NCBI GenBank assembly: GCA_038087875.1
Contig: CM075991.1
Location: 3,472,001 to 3,536,000 of the forward strand
Direction of reading: 5' to 3'
DNA length: 64,000 nt
From: Malacoraja senta
Taxonomy: Eukaryota
This document shows, piece by piece, positions 39,050 through 51,255 of the stretch. The notes under the pieces are model-generated. The model saw only the letters and a list, made by a program, of their open reading frames with translations, ran no database searches and was not told the DNA's origin. How positions within the stretch are numbered: position 1 is the stretch's first letter; each line of letters starts with the position of its first letter. Both the position numbers and the translations under genes were made by a program.

Positions 39050-40570
39050 CACTTCTCCATCATCAACAATAAAAATAGAGGAGGTGGAGAGGCTGTTCAG
39101 AAGACAGAAAAGCTGGAAATCTCCAATGTTTCCCCCTCTACTCTCAAGCTCTGTGCCGAACAACTGGCACCGGTCTACACAGACATTTTCAACCAGTCCC
39201 TGCAAACATGTATTGTCCCTGCCTGCTTCAAAGTCTCCACTATTGTCCCTGTACCTAAAAAGGCAAGGACTACAGGCCTGTCGCACTGACCTCTGTAGTC
39301 ATGAAGACCCTTGAAAGGCTTGTGCTGGCCAAGCTGAAAAATATCACAAATCCCCTGCTGGACCCGCTACAGTTTGTATATCGGGTCAATAGATCTGTGG
39401 ATGATGCAGTCAACCTGCATCCTCCAGCACCTAGACCGCCAGGGGACCTATGCGAGGATCCTGTTTGTTGATTTTAGCTCTGCATTCATCACCATTGTGC
39501 CAGAGCTACTACACTCCAAACTTTCTGAGTTGACTGTGCCTGAACCCCTCTGTCGGTGGATCACCAGCTTCCTGACATACAGGAAGCAGCATGTGAGGCT
39601 GGGAAAGCACATCTCGGACACGCAAACGCTCAGCGTAGGAGCACCGCAAGGCTGCGTACTCTTCCCTCTCCTCTACTCGCTCTACACCAACGACTGCACC
39701 ACCACAGACACCTCTGTCAAGCTTCTCAAGTTTGCGGACGACACAACCCTGATTGGACTGATCCAGGATGGGGAGTGACACAGCTGGCGTCCTGGTGCCA
39801 TCGCAACAATCTAGAGCTCAATGCTCTTAAGACAGTGGAATTAATAGTAGACTTTAGGGGAACTCCACCTCCCCTAACCCCACTCACCATCAACAACACC
39901 ACAGTCACATCTGTGGAGTCTTTTAAGTTCCAAGGACCTTAAATGGGGGGCCACCATCGACTCCATTGTCAAAAAGGCACAACAGAGGATGTACTTCCTG
40001 TGGCAGCTGAGGAAGCACAATCTGCCACAGGCAATGATGGTCTAATTCTATACGGCCATCGTAGAGTCTGTCCTCACCTTCTCCATCATGGTCTGGTTTG
40101 TCTCAGCCACCAAGCACGACACCTGGAGGCTGAAGCGAATCGTCCGATCAGCAGAGAAGGTTATTGGCTGCAACCTTCCCTCCATTGATGAACTGTACAC
40201 TGCGAGGGCCAGGAAGCGAGCGGGCAAGATCATCTCTGACCCCTCTCACCCTGGCCACAAACTCTTTGAATCACTTCCCTCTGGAAGGCGACTCCGGACT
40301 GTCAAAGCTGCCACAGCCAGACATAAAAACAGCTTTTTTCCACGAGTAGTAGCTCTACTCAATAACCAAAAATCTGTAGCCTCCTTTTGCTCTGGTATTT
40401 TATTTAATTCACATGTTTAATCAATAATGTTTTATTATTAATGTTTAATGTTTTATGTGTCGTTCCTAACAGTCACTGTATGTCGTTGTCACTTGCGGGT
40501 GGAGCACCAAGGCAAATTCCTTGTATGTGAATATTTGGCCAATAAACGCATTCATTCATTCATTCATTCA
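39050..40570 (+). mobile_element. Rex1/Babar-type LINE, 5'-truncated, frameshifted RT
   Basis: [67 protein letters not shown]...KFADDTT; DPSHPGHKLFESLPSGRR...SFFP; AATAAA followed by a (CATT)n tail. Confidence 0.9.
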
Positions 40571-41956
40571 AGCACAGGCAGGTGGGACTAATGTAGCCGG
40601 GACATGTTGGTCGGTGCGGACATGATGGGCCGAAGGGCCTGTTTCAACGCTGTATCTTTAAACTAAACTAAACTAAATGTGCAGGACATCAGAAGAGATT
40701 CACTCCGAAGAGATTCACTGCTTCTGATGGCCCTCAGTGTTCAAAGAAAGATAAATGTGATTTGTAGAGCGTTCTGCTCCACAACACTGCCGATCCTAAA
40801 TAGCTGCTATTCTGCATGTCACCCTCGCACACTTGCGTGAAGCATTTGCAGGTCAATTAGTATTGAATAGGCACTTTGGTGTTAGAGAGACCAATTTCGA
40901 ATTAAAAACCGTACTTGCCTTGTAAATTACTTTTATGTAATCATTGTGTTCACCAGCAAGGAGAAAGCTGTAAATGAGTTGGGACAAGCTGGATGCAATG
41001 AACTATGATAGTCCGCTGTCTAGAGTCATAGAGTGATACAGTGTGGAAACAGGCTCTTTGGCCCAACTTGCCCACACCGGCCTACAAGTCCCAGCTACAC
41101 TAGTCCCACCTGCCTGCGCTTGGTCCATATCCCTCCAAACTTGTCCTATCCATGTACCTGACTAACTGTTTCTTAAATGTTGGGATAGTCCCAGCCCTCA
41201 CTACCTCCTCTGGCAACTTGTTCCATAAACCCACAGCCATTTGTGTGAAAAAGTTACCCCTCAGATTCCTATTAAATCTTTTCCCCTTCACCTCTAATTG
41301 CTAGGAAATCTCCATTGTTTAATGCTTGACGCTTCTCACACTTGCTTTAAGTTTACCAGGGCCCAATACTCCTCATGAGCTCATCATAAGGTCTGTTGCT
41401 ACATTCCTTATTGAACTCAATGGGATTCTGTTCCCTATGCTCCTGTTAAACTCACCAGAGCTCGACACAAAAAGCTGGAGTAACTCAGCGGGTCAGTCAG
41501 CATCGCTGGAGAAAAGGTATAGGTGATGTTTCGGGTCGAGACCCTTATGTCTGGCCTTCTTCTGCAGAAGGGTCTTGTACCGAAACGTCACCTATTCCTT
41601 TTCTCCAGAGATGCTGCCTGACCCGCTGCGTTACTCCATTTTGTTACCATTTTGATAGTCCAGATGTTACTTGCATCTTTGATTTAAACCAGCATCTGCA
41701 GTTCCTTCCCACACAAACTCATCAAAGCTCCACACTAACACTTAGGGTTGCCAAATTTCTCACTCCCACATAAGGGACAAAAGGTCAAAATACGGGACAA
41801 ATTCCCAACGGCAATTCGTTGTCCGACTCGACCGTGGCTGGGTGAGTGATGAGTTGGCCCGGGTGCTGGACTGCACACGAGATTGATTCACAGCTAATTA
41901 ATTGTGTCTGGAGTGGAATCACAGTCGGCCACTTTGTGCCTGTACATGTCTGGCTG

Positions 41957-42651
41957 CAGGGGCGGAAAACCCGGGGGGCCAGGGGGGACACGCCCCCCCT
42001 CTGTTTTGAGAGGTGGGGGACATCCCCCCCAAGTTTTTGTAATCCGGATTTTAAAACCCGGTGAAATCTCCGCTTTCCGCGAGACAGTGGGGGTGGGACT
42101 GATGATCGAGGGCGCCGATTGGACGAGAGAGACGTCGGTCAGCAGGCAATGGGGGCGGGACATGATAATTCAGCTCGACGATTGGAGGAGAAGGGGGGAG
42201 GGGGGTGGGACTGAGGATAGAGCGCGGTGATTGGAGGAGGGAGACGTGGCACAGACCGATCCCGGCCGGGTCTCTGGCGCTGTCCCGAGTGCCCTCCACG
42301 GGTGGCCAGAGACGTCAGGAGTCAGACGGGAGCGGTGCCCCTAGGCCCACAGCCAGCGCAGAGAAGCAGCGCAAAACCCAGCTCACTCTGCCTGTCCTGC
42401 CAGGTGAACCTACAGCCCTTCCTGGACTTGCGGGAAATATGGCCAGCGCGGAGAAGCAGCGCTGGTGTCCCGTCAGTCCAGGCAGGGCTGTAGTTAACCC
42501 GGTGAGACAGGCAGAGTTGAGCTGCATTTAGCGCTGGATTGAGCCTCCGAAGCCTCGCACGTGTGTGTGTGAGTGTGCGCATGCGCGCACGGCCGCCAAA
42601 GAATTGTGTCCCCCGGTCCCCTCCATATTTTGATAGCGATTTCCGTGCCTG
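41957..42651 (+). mobile_element. Non-autonomous hAT-like element, family B (long variant)
   Basis: TIRs CAGGGGCGGAAA...TTTCCGTGCCTG; both ends homologous to 13501-13826; different interior; TSD not clean. Confidence 0.7.
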
Positions 42652-43742
42652 CATGTCTCTGCACCTGATGTGTAGGAAAGAACTGCAGATGCTGTTTTAA
42701 GTCGGTAGACACAAAATGCTGGAGTAATGTCTGAAGAAGGGTCTCGACCAGAAACGTCACCCATTCCTTCTCTCCAGAGATGCTGCCTGCCCCACTGAGT
42801 TACTCCAGCATTTTGTGTCTACCTTCAATATGAAGGAGATGTTCTCGAAAACTGAAGCATGTTTCAGCAGTGGGGCCCTGAGATGACCAAACCCAGCGAG
42901 CTATAAAGGAAGCCATTAAATGTAAATAAATTGGCATCAAGGAAATTCCAGTTCAACTGGTCTCCTGGGAACATTTTAACTTCCCTCCTCCGTCCACTTC
43001 CGAAGATAATGAGCATTACTTATTGATCCCACAGTGTCGACCAGAGACACTGAAGCTCACAGAGAGGTCTAACCTGGTGCACTAAGGGGGCGTGGAGGTT
43101 TATCACTGTAAATATATATATCCTTGCCCTGGGCAGAGGACAGGGAACTCCTGATCTGTCACCCCAACCCTCAGGTTTAACTTGATAAGTTCATCGGTTA
43201 TACGAGCAGGATTCAGCCCATCAGGTGAATCGAGGACCAGAGGACATAGGTTTATAGAGAAGGGGAAAAGATTTGATAGGAATCTGAGGGGTAATTTTTT
43301 CACACAAACAGTGCTGGGTGTATGGAACAAGCTGCCAGAGGTGGTAGTTGAGGCAGTTGAGACTATCCCAACGTTTAAGAAGCAGTTAGATAGGTACATG
43401 GATAGGACAGGTTTGGAGGGATATGGACCAAACGTGGGCAGGTGGGACAAGTGTAGCTGGGACATGTTGGCCGGAGTGGGCAAATCGGGCCGAAGGGCCT
43501 GTTTTCACACAGTATCACTCTATGACTGTGAGTCTACTTCGCCATTCACCATGGCTGATCTATTTTTCCCTCTCGACCCCATTCTTCTGCCTTCTCCCCA
43601 TAACCCCTGACACCCTTACGAATGAAGAACCTACCTATCTCCCGTTTTACCCATTGACTTGGCCTCCACAGCCATCCACAGATTCACCACCCTCTGACTA
43701 AAGTAATTCTTCCTCGTCTCCTTTCTGAAGGTATATCCTTAA

Positions 43743-44081
43743 AGGGCCTGTCCCACTGTACAAGGTAATTCAAGAGTTCTCCCGAGTTTTCCCTGATTCA
43801 AACTCGGAGAATGTCCGTAGCGGGACCGTAGGAGTTCGTGGATGTCTCGTAGCGGCTCGTACGAGTAACGGTAGGTACTCGGGAAATACGGTAAACTCAT
43901 GACGTTTTTTCAACTGTGAAAAATGTCCACGAGTAAAAAAAAATGGTTACTTTTTTACTCGTACGAGCCGTTACGAGACATCCACGAACTCCTACGGACC
44001 CGCTATGGACATTCTCCGAGTTCGAATCAGGGGAAAACTCGAGAGAACTCTTGAATTACCTCGTACAGTGGGACAGGCCCT
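43743..44081. mobile_element. Long-TIR MITE (putative Harbinger-like) inserted in a CR1 fragment
   Basis: ~126-bp inverted arms (43743-43868 vs 43955-44081) starting AGGGCCTGTCCCACTGTAC; flanked by TAA/TTA. The host CR1 continues on both sides. Confidence 0.85.
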
Positions 44082-45986
44082 TTAGATCTGAGGCTGTGCC
44101 CTCTGGTCCTAGACTCTCCCACTAGTGGATAGATCCTCTCCACATCCACTCTATCCAGGCCCCCCCCCCCCCCCCATCTTTCTAAGCTCGTTTAGGTTTA
44201 TTGTCACGTGTACCAAGGTACAATCTTCTAATCAGATCAGATAACACTATACATAAATACAATCAAGTCAAACTCAATACATAGAGCAAAGGGGTAGATA
44301 AAGAGTGCAGAATATATGTCTCAGCATGGTAGTGCACAAGTTCCAGAGACTATATGTGCAATGGAATAGAGGTGAATCGGACAGTACCCTAACTTATGGA
44401 AAGACTGTTCGGAAGCCTAATAACAGAGAGGAAGAAGCTGTTCCTGAGCCTGGTGGTTTCGAGCTTCTGCATCTTCTGCCAGGTTGGAGTGGGTAGAAGA
44501 AGCAGTGATCAAAGTGGGACAAGTCTTTGATGATGTTTAGGAAGGAACTGCAGATGCTGGTTTGAACCAACGATAGACATAAAAAGCTGGAGTAACTCAG
44601 CGTCTCTGGTGAAAAGGAATAGGTGACGTTTCGGGTCGAGACCCTTCTGACTGAGAGTCAGGGGAAGGGAAACGAGAGATATAGACTGTGATGTAGAGAG
44701 GTATAGAACAAATGAATGAAAGATATACAAAAAAGTAACGATGATAAAGGAAGCAGGCCATTGTTAGCTGTGGGCTAGGTGAAAACGGGTTACAGACAAT
44801 GAAACTCACCAGGATGACATTGAACTAGTACAAGGACTGGGGTGGTTGAGGGACGGAGAGAGAGGGGATGCAAGGGTTGCTTGAAGATAGAGAAATCAAT
44901 ATTCATACCGCTGGGCTGTAAGCTGCCCAAGCGAAATATGAGGAACTGTTCCTCCAATTTGTGTTTGGCATTTGGATTTGTGACTCACTAACAGGATATC
45001 CTTATGACCCATGAGAAGATGGTGTTAGGCTGTGGCCCTAAACCACATGAGCAGTTGTGGTCTGTCAGGATGTAGTTACTGGTCTTCTCAGTTTTCAACT
45101 GGCACCACTTCCCTCCCCTATAGTTTTGTTTAGATACAGCGCGATTACCGAGTCCGAGCCGATCAGCGACCAGCGATCCCCGCACGCTAACACTATCCTG
45201 CACACACGAGGGACAATTTACAATTTTACCAAATTACCAATTGAACTACAAACCTGCACGTCTTTGGAGTGTGGGGGGGGGGGGGGGGAGGGGGGGAATC
45301 TAGAGCACCCGGGGAAAACCCACGCGGTCACGGGGAGAGCGCACAAACTCCGTAGAAACAGCACTCATGGTCAGGATCGGACCTGGGTCTCTGGTGCTGT
45401 ATGGCAGCAACCTTACTGCTACGCCACTCTACCACCCCTACTACACACCCCTACTACACCCCCCTGTCCTGCCCCAATTCAGTTCAAGTCTCAAGGATAG
45501 ACTCAAAATGGTGGAATAACTCAGCGGGGTCAGGCAGCATCTCTGGTGAAAAAGGATGGGTGACACTAAGGGCCACGGATAGACCAGATACGTCCCCATA
45601 TCTTTTTTTTTCCAGGGATGCTGCCTGACCCGCTGAGTTATTTCAGCACTTTGTGTCCACCAGTATCTGCAGTTCTTTCTTTCTGCGATCGGTCAGGTCT
45701 CCATGGTTTTTGGCAAGCCTGACTATTTTTTAGTCGATCTCACAGCTCATTAGTTTTTTTCAGGTCCCTGCATTATGAAACGCTCTATTTTTGAGTCTGC
45801 ACTCAATATCACTTGCCTGCACAAAGCCATTGGCAGCCGGCTCAAGTGCAAGGTCGACTGTTTTCATTTAGTTTTGTTTATTGTCACGTGTACCGAGGTA
45901 CAGTGAAAAACTTTTTTGTTGCCTGCTAACCAGTCAGCAGAAAGACAATGCATGATTACAATCGATCCATTTACAGTGTATAGATG

Positions 45987-46150
45987 TATAGGAAGGAACT
46001 GCAGATGCTGGTTTAAACCGAAGATAGACACAAAATGCTGGAGTAGCTCAGCGGGACAGGCAGCATCAGACTGACCCAAAACATCACCCATTCCTTCCCT
46101 CCAGAGATGCTGCCTGTCCTGCTGAGTTACTCCAGCATTTTATGTCAATG
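45987..46150. mobile_element. Penelope pLTR fold-back insertion inside a Rex1-type 3' UTR
   Basis: Inverted pLTR arms with a 15-bp TSD TACAGTGTATAGATG (45972-45986, 46151-46165). The adjacent pLTR piece 46182-46272 has its own 13-bp TSD GATAAGGGAATAA. Confidence 0.8.
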
Positions 46151-47589
46151 TACAGTGTATAGATGCATGATAAGGGAATAAGTTAGACAAAATGCTGGAG
46201 AAACTCAGCGGGTGAGGCAGCATCTATGAAGCGAAGGAAATAGGCGACGCTTCGGGTCAAGACCCTTCCCCAGATAAGGGAATAATGTTTAGTGCAAGGT
46301 AAAGCCAGCAAAGTCCGATCAAGGGTAGTCCGAGGGTCAAAGATGTTAGTAGTAGTTCACCAAAGAGGTAGATCTCTGTGTAAATGCCACCAACATCTGT
46401 CCCCACCTCTGTCTCTGGCCTCCATCTCCTTGATGCCTGATCTTGTGTCCACTGTTGAGCTCTGGGGAGGTGATGGTTGGGATAGGAGACGAGCGGGACA
46501 CCTTCAAGTGGAAAAAAAGCAAACCTCCAGCAAACCTGTGGATGAGTAAGAAGCCGTTTGCAATCTGCAGACTCTGCCATTTGCCGTGCTTTTTGCAAGC
46601 AACGGTAGATGAATTGTGTTCCCATTATCGCGCTGCTTCGGAAATGCTGTGCCTTGGAAGACGACATTCTGCCACTTAGCAATCATTGCAATTGAAATAG
46701 ATGGAGCAGAAACTGCCGTTTGTCATTTCCACAATGGGCCGGAATGGGCAAGTCGTGTTCCTCCAGTTTCCCAGTTCCTGGTCAGTTGCCGTGAAGGTCA
46801 AAGCGCATCAAGGTGCTCGGTCAGAGGCTTCCTTCACTGCGAGGAAGCTTTCTGTTTCCAGTAGCTTTGTCGGAATCAGGTTCCAGTTTGTCATCGAAGA
46901 TAGACACAAAATGCTGGAGTAAGGTAATGGGTTTGGTGAAGGGCGAAAAGGGTAGAAGGACCCCAGTGGACTGGTGGGTGTCCAGCCTTGACTAACGTCA
47001 TCCTCCCTTCCCAGTTCCGATGAAGAGTCCTAGATCTGAAACTTTAACTGTGTCTCACTCCACAGATGCTGCCTTACCTGCTGAGTGTTTCAAGTATCTA
47101 CTCTATCCTTATTCTTCTCTATTCTTTATCCCTATTAAATCAGCTGCCTGCCAAATGGCGGAGATAATAGTCAACTGATCTGCCGTGATACATTTTGCTC
47201 TCTCCTTTGGAGTCACCGTTACCCTGCTTTGTATAGGACATGGCTCTGAACGACATAATCTGGGGGCGTTAGTTTTGTCTTTTTGCACTATTATTGTTTG
47301 TTTTGTATGTGTGTGTGTGTGGATGTATATAGAAACTTTTTCACCCAGAGAGTTGTGAATCTGTGGAATTCTCTGCCATAGAAGGCAGTGGGGGTAAATT
47401 CACTGGATGTTTTCAAGAGAGAGTTAGATTTAGCTCTTAGGGCTAATGGAATCAGGGGAGATGGGGAGAAATCAGGAACGGGGTACTGATTTTGGATGAT
47501 CAGCCATGATCATGTTGAATGGCAGTGCTGGCTCGAAGGGGCGAATGGCCTACTCCTGCACCTATTGTCTATGTTTCTATGTTTCCAGT

Positions 47590-48195
47590 CTCCTGTACAT
47601 GGGCGAGACCAAGCATAGACCCGGCTACCGTTTCGCTGAACACGCTGAAAATGTTTCGCTGAGAACGCTTGGTCCTCCAAGGCCTACTCGACCTCCCGTT
47701 TGCCAACCATTGTAACTCCCCTTCCCATTCCCACACTGACCTCTCCGTCCTGAGCCTCCTCCATTGCCAGGGTGAGGCCACACGCAAACTGGAGGAACAG
47801 CACCTCATACTTCGCTCGGGTAGCTTACACCCCAACGGTATGAACATTGAATTCTCTAATTATAGGTGACTTACCCAAGCACTCCTCTCCCCATCTCCCA
47901 TTGCTTTACTCCCCCTTGCCCCACTCCCCCCCCCCCCACCCCACTAAAAGTAATTTAACCAGTTCCACAGTTCACAGCTATGTATCCATCTTGGGATCAC
48001 ATCGTTCCTAACAAACAATAGGCCTATCAGGGAACCTCCCTATCTGAGGTCATCTGTTGCCGGCACTAATTTATCCTAGTCCTTTCTTGCTTCCAGTTCC
48101 TCCCATCCCTACAATCAGTCTGAAGAAGGATCCCGACCTGAAAAGTCAAACCTATCCATGTTCTCCACAGATGCTGCCTGACCCGCTGAGTTATA
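47590..48195 (+). mobile_element. Penelope-like element 3' remnant
   Basis: LLYMGETKHRPGYRFAEH...HSHTDLSVLSLLHCQGEATRKLEEQHLILRSGSLHPNGMNIEFSNYR, then a pLTR with CTGAAGAAGG...GAAA. Confidence 0.85.
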
Positions 48196-48869
48196 ACCAT
48201 ATAACCATAAACCATAACAGCACGGAAACAGGCCATCTCGGCCCTTCAAGTCCGTGCCGAACATTTTTTAAATTTTTTTTTTTAATTAAAAATAAATACT
48301 TCCCCCTAGTCCCATCTACCTGCACTCAGACCATAACCCTCCATTCCTTTCCCGTCCATATACCCATCCAATCTATTTTTAAAGGATAACATCGAACCCT
48401 GCCTCCACCACTTCCACTGGAAGCTCATTCCACACAGCTACCACTCTCTGAGTAAAGAAGTTCCCCCTAATGTTCCCCCTAAACTTCTGTCCCTTAATTC
48501 TCAAGTCATGTCCCCTTGTTTGAATCTTCCCTACTCTCAATGGGAAAAGCTTATCCACGTCCACTCTGTCTAAGCCGCTCATAATTTTAAAGACCTCTAT
48601 CAAGTCCTTCTGCGCTCCAAAGAATAAAGACCTAACTTGTTCAACCTTTCTCTGTAACTTAGTTGCTGAAACCTAGGCAACATTCTAGTAAATCTCCTCT
48701 GTACCTCTCTCTATTTTGTTGACATCCTTCCTATAATTAGGCGACCAAAATTGTACATCATACTCCAGAATTGGCATCCAGAATTGGCCCCCCAAAGTTA
48801 CTCCAGCACTTTGTGCCTCTCTGCCAGTTTCAAACCTTGCTCATCTCCTTTGTCTCTTTCCCTGAACAG

Positions 48870-48974
48870 ATGAAGTCTGCGGGCTCTGTGGATCAGGATT
48901 TGTTCACAGACACCTACTGCAAGGTCTGCAGCGCTCAGCTGATCTCCGAGTCGCAGCGAGTGGCCCATTATGAG
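48870..48974 (+). CDS. ZMAT4: Zinc finger matrin-type protein 4, first conserved coding exon (N-terminal part of zinc finger 1)
   Basis: Polypyrimidine tract + CAG acceptor directly before the ATG. 35 codons [35 protein letters not shown] match the recalled vertebrate ZMAT4 N-terminus ([34 protein letters not shown]). Phase-0 donor GAG|GTAAGA. Confidence 0.93.
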
Positions 48975-49038
48975 GTAAGATTCTGACTCGCAATATAATC
49001 CATTCCATGGCAGAAAATGCGGTAAACACTTGGCATAG

Positions 49039-49675
49039 CCGCACAGTGGTGCAGCGGTAGAGTTGCTGCCTCACAGCACCAGAGTCCCAGGTTCTACGCT
49101 GACCACAGGTGCTGCCTGTGTGGAGTTTGTACGTTCTCCCTGTGACCGCGTGGGTTTCCTCTGGGTGCTCCGGTTTCCTCCCACACCCAAAGACGTAACA
49201 GTTTGTAGGTTAAGTGGCTCTGTAAATGATCCCTCGTGTGTAGGACAGTGCCAGTTAATGGAGTGATCGTTGGTCAACATGTACTCTTTCCACTTTATAT
49301 CCTCTAAACGAAACTAAATTAAACAAGACACTCAGCATGTCAGGCAGTACCTGTGGAGAGAGAACGTGAGGTGTGTTTAGTTTAGAGATACAGCGTGGAA
49401 ACAGGCCCTTCGGCCCACCAAGTCTGTACCGACCATGATCACCGCACACTAACACTATCCTACACACACCAGTAACAATTTTTACATTTACCAGCCAATT
49501 AACCTACAGACCTGTGCGTCTTTGGAGCGTGGGAGGAAACCGAAGATCTCGGAGAAAACCCAAGCAGGTCATGGGGAGAAGGTACAAATTCCGTACAGAC
49601 AGCACCCATGGTCAGGATTGAACCCGGATCTCTGGCGCTGTGAGGCAGCTGCTCTACCGCTGCGCCACCGTGCCG
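49039..49675. mobile_element. Tail-to-tail inverted pair of HE1-like SINEs (49039-49325 +, 49375-49675 -)
   Basis: Both copies show head, central domain and tail, in opposite orientations ~50 bp apart. Confidence 0.8.
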
Positions 49676-50562
49676 ATGTCTCTGGTATTTCCATTGATGT
49701 ATCTGGCTTCCAGCATTTGCTGTTATTATTCCTGATCTCCAACATCTGCCATTATGATTTAAATTTAATTTCATTTCGCACGTCTTCAGGTTACATTGTA
49801 AACCATATTTTACTAGCAAGCTTTGGCAAGAGGTTGACAATAATTTTTTATCAGCTTTGAATATTTCTACTCAATATAAGGGCTTGCAGCTCAGGCTTGA
49901 GCTTGTCAGAAATGTTGAATCCATCACTCTCATTCCAAAACATCACCCATTCCTTCTCTCCAGAGATGCTGCCTGAAATGCTCAGTTACTCCAGCATTTT
50001 GTGGTCCATCTGTGGTGTAAACCAGCACGGCCAGTTCCTTGATTATACTTTACTTCAGACTTTAATGATACAAAGATAGGAGGAGGTGCTGGCAGTGTAG
50101 AGAAAGCAGGGACTCTGCGGAAGGACTTGGACAGGTTGGGAGAATGGGCAAAGAAGTGGCAGATGGAACGCTGCGTGGGGAAGAGATGAGGAGGAATTTC
50201 TTTAGTCAGAAGGTGGTTAATCTGTGGAACTCATTGCCAGAGAAGGCTGTGGAGGCCAACTCAATGGATGTTTTTAAGGCAGAGATTGTATGGGTGTCAG
50301 GGGATACGGGAAGAAGGCAGGAGAATGGGGTTGAGAGGGAAAGATAGATCAGCCATGATTAAATGGTGGAGTAGATTTGATATGTAATGGCCGCCTCGCC
50401 AACAGTCTGTCTTGTTCCTTCTCTGTTTTTATTATTTGAAGTATGTCTTGAATGTTTGTTTTTATGTCTCTTGGTATGTTTTATGTGGAGGGTGCGGGTG
50501 GGGGGTGGAGGGATCGGGGGAAACCTTTTTCAGTCACTTAACTCGACGGAGATGCGATTATT

Positions 50563-50762
50563 NNNNNNNNNNNNNNNNNNNNNNNNNNNNNNNNNNNNNN
50601 NNNNNNNNNNNNNNNNNNNNNNNNNNNNNNNNNNNNNNNNNNNNNNNNNNNNNNNNNNNNNNNNNNNNNNNNNNNNNNNNNNNNNNNNNNNNNNNNNNNN
50701 NNNNNNNNNNNNNNNNNNNNNNNNNNNNNNNNNNNNNNNNNNNNNNNNNNNNNNNNNNNNNN
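50563..50762. other. Assembly gap (200 N)
   Basis: Run of exactly 200 N; separates the + strand and - strand ZMAT4 exons. Confidence 0.99.
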
Positions 50763-50889
50763 TGGGTGCTGTCTGTACGGAGTTTGTATGTTCTCGCTGT
50801 GACCATGTGGGTTTTCTGCAGGGTGCTCCAGTTTGCTTCCACACTCCAAAGATGTGCTGGTTTGTCGGTTAATTGGCTTCTGTCAATTT

Positions 50890-51255
50890 ACAGTATAGAT
50901 ACATGACAAGGGAATAACATGTAGTGCAAGGTAAAGCCAGCGAAGCCTGATCAAGGATAGTCCGAGGAGCACCAAAGAGGTAGATAGTAGTTCAGCACTG
51001 CTCTCTGGTCATGGTAGGATGGTTCAGTTGCCTGATAACAGCTGGGAAGAATCTGTCCCTGAATCTGGAGGTGTGAGTATTCACACTTCTCTACCTTTTG
51101 CTTATGGGAGAGGGGGGAAGAGGGAGTGGCCAGGGTGCGACGTCCTTGATTATGCTGCTGGCCTTGCCGAGGCACCGTGAGGTATAAATGGAGTCACTAG
51201 AAGGGAGGTTGGTTTGTGCGATGGTCTGGGCTGCGTCCACAATTCGCTGCAATTT
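50890..51255 (-). mobile_element. Rex1/Babar-type LINE 3' fragment
   Basis: Minus strand CLGKASSIIKD..HPGHSL / RFRDRFFPAVIRQLN-like residues, then the 3' UTR that also occurs alone at ~30450-30630, 32110-32215, 37381-37497 and 45866-45985. Confidence 0.75.

Noticed and set aside
46500..46885. Unique-looking segment with overlapping short ORFs
   Set aside because: No recognisable protein motif or convincing splice pair; it could be a conserved non-coding element, but that cannot be supported from this sequence alone.
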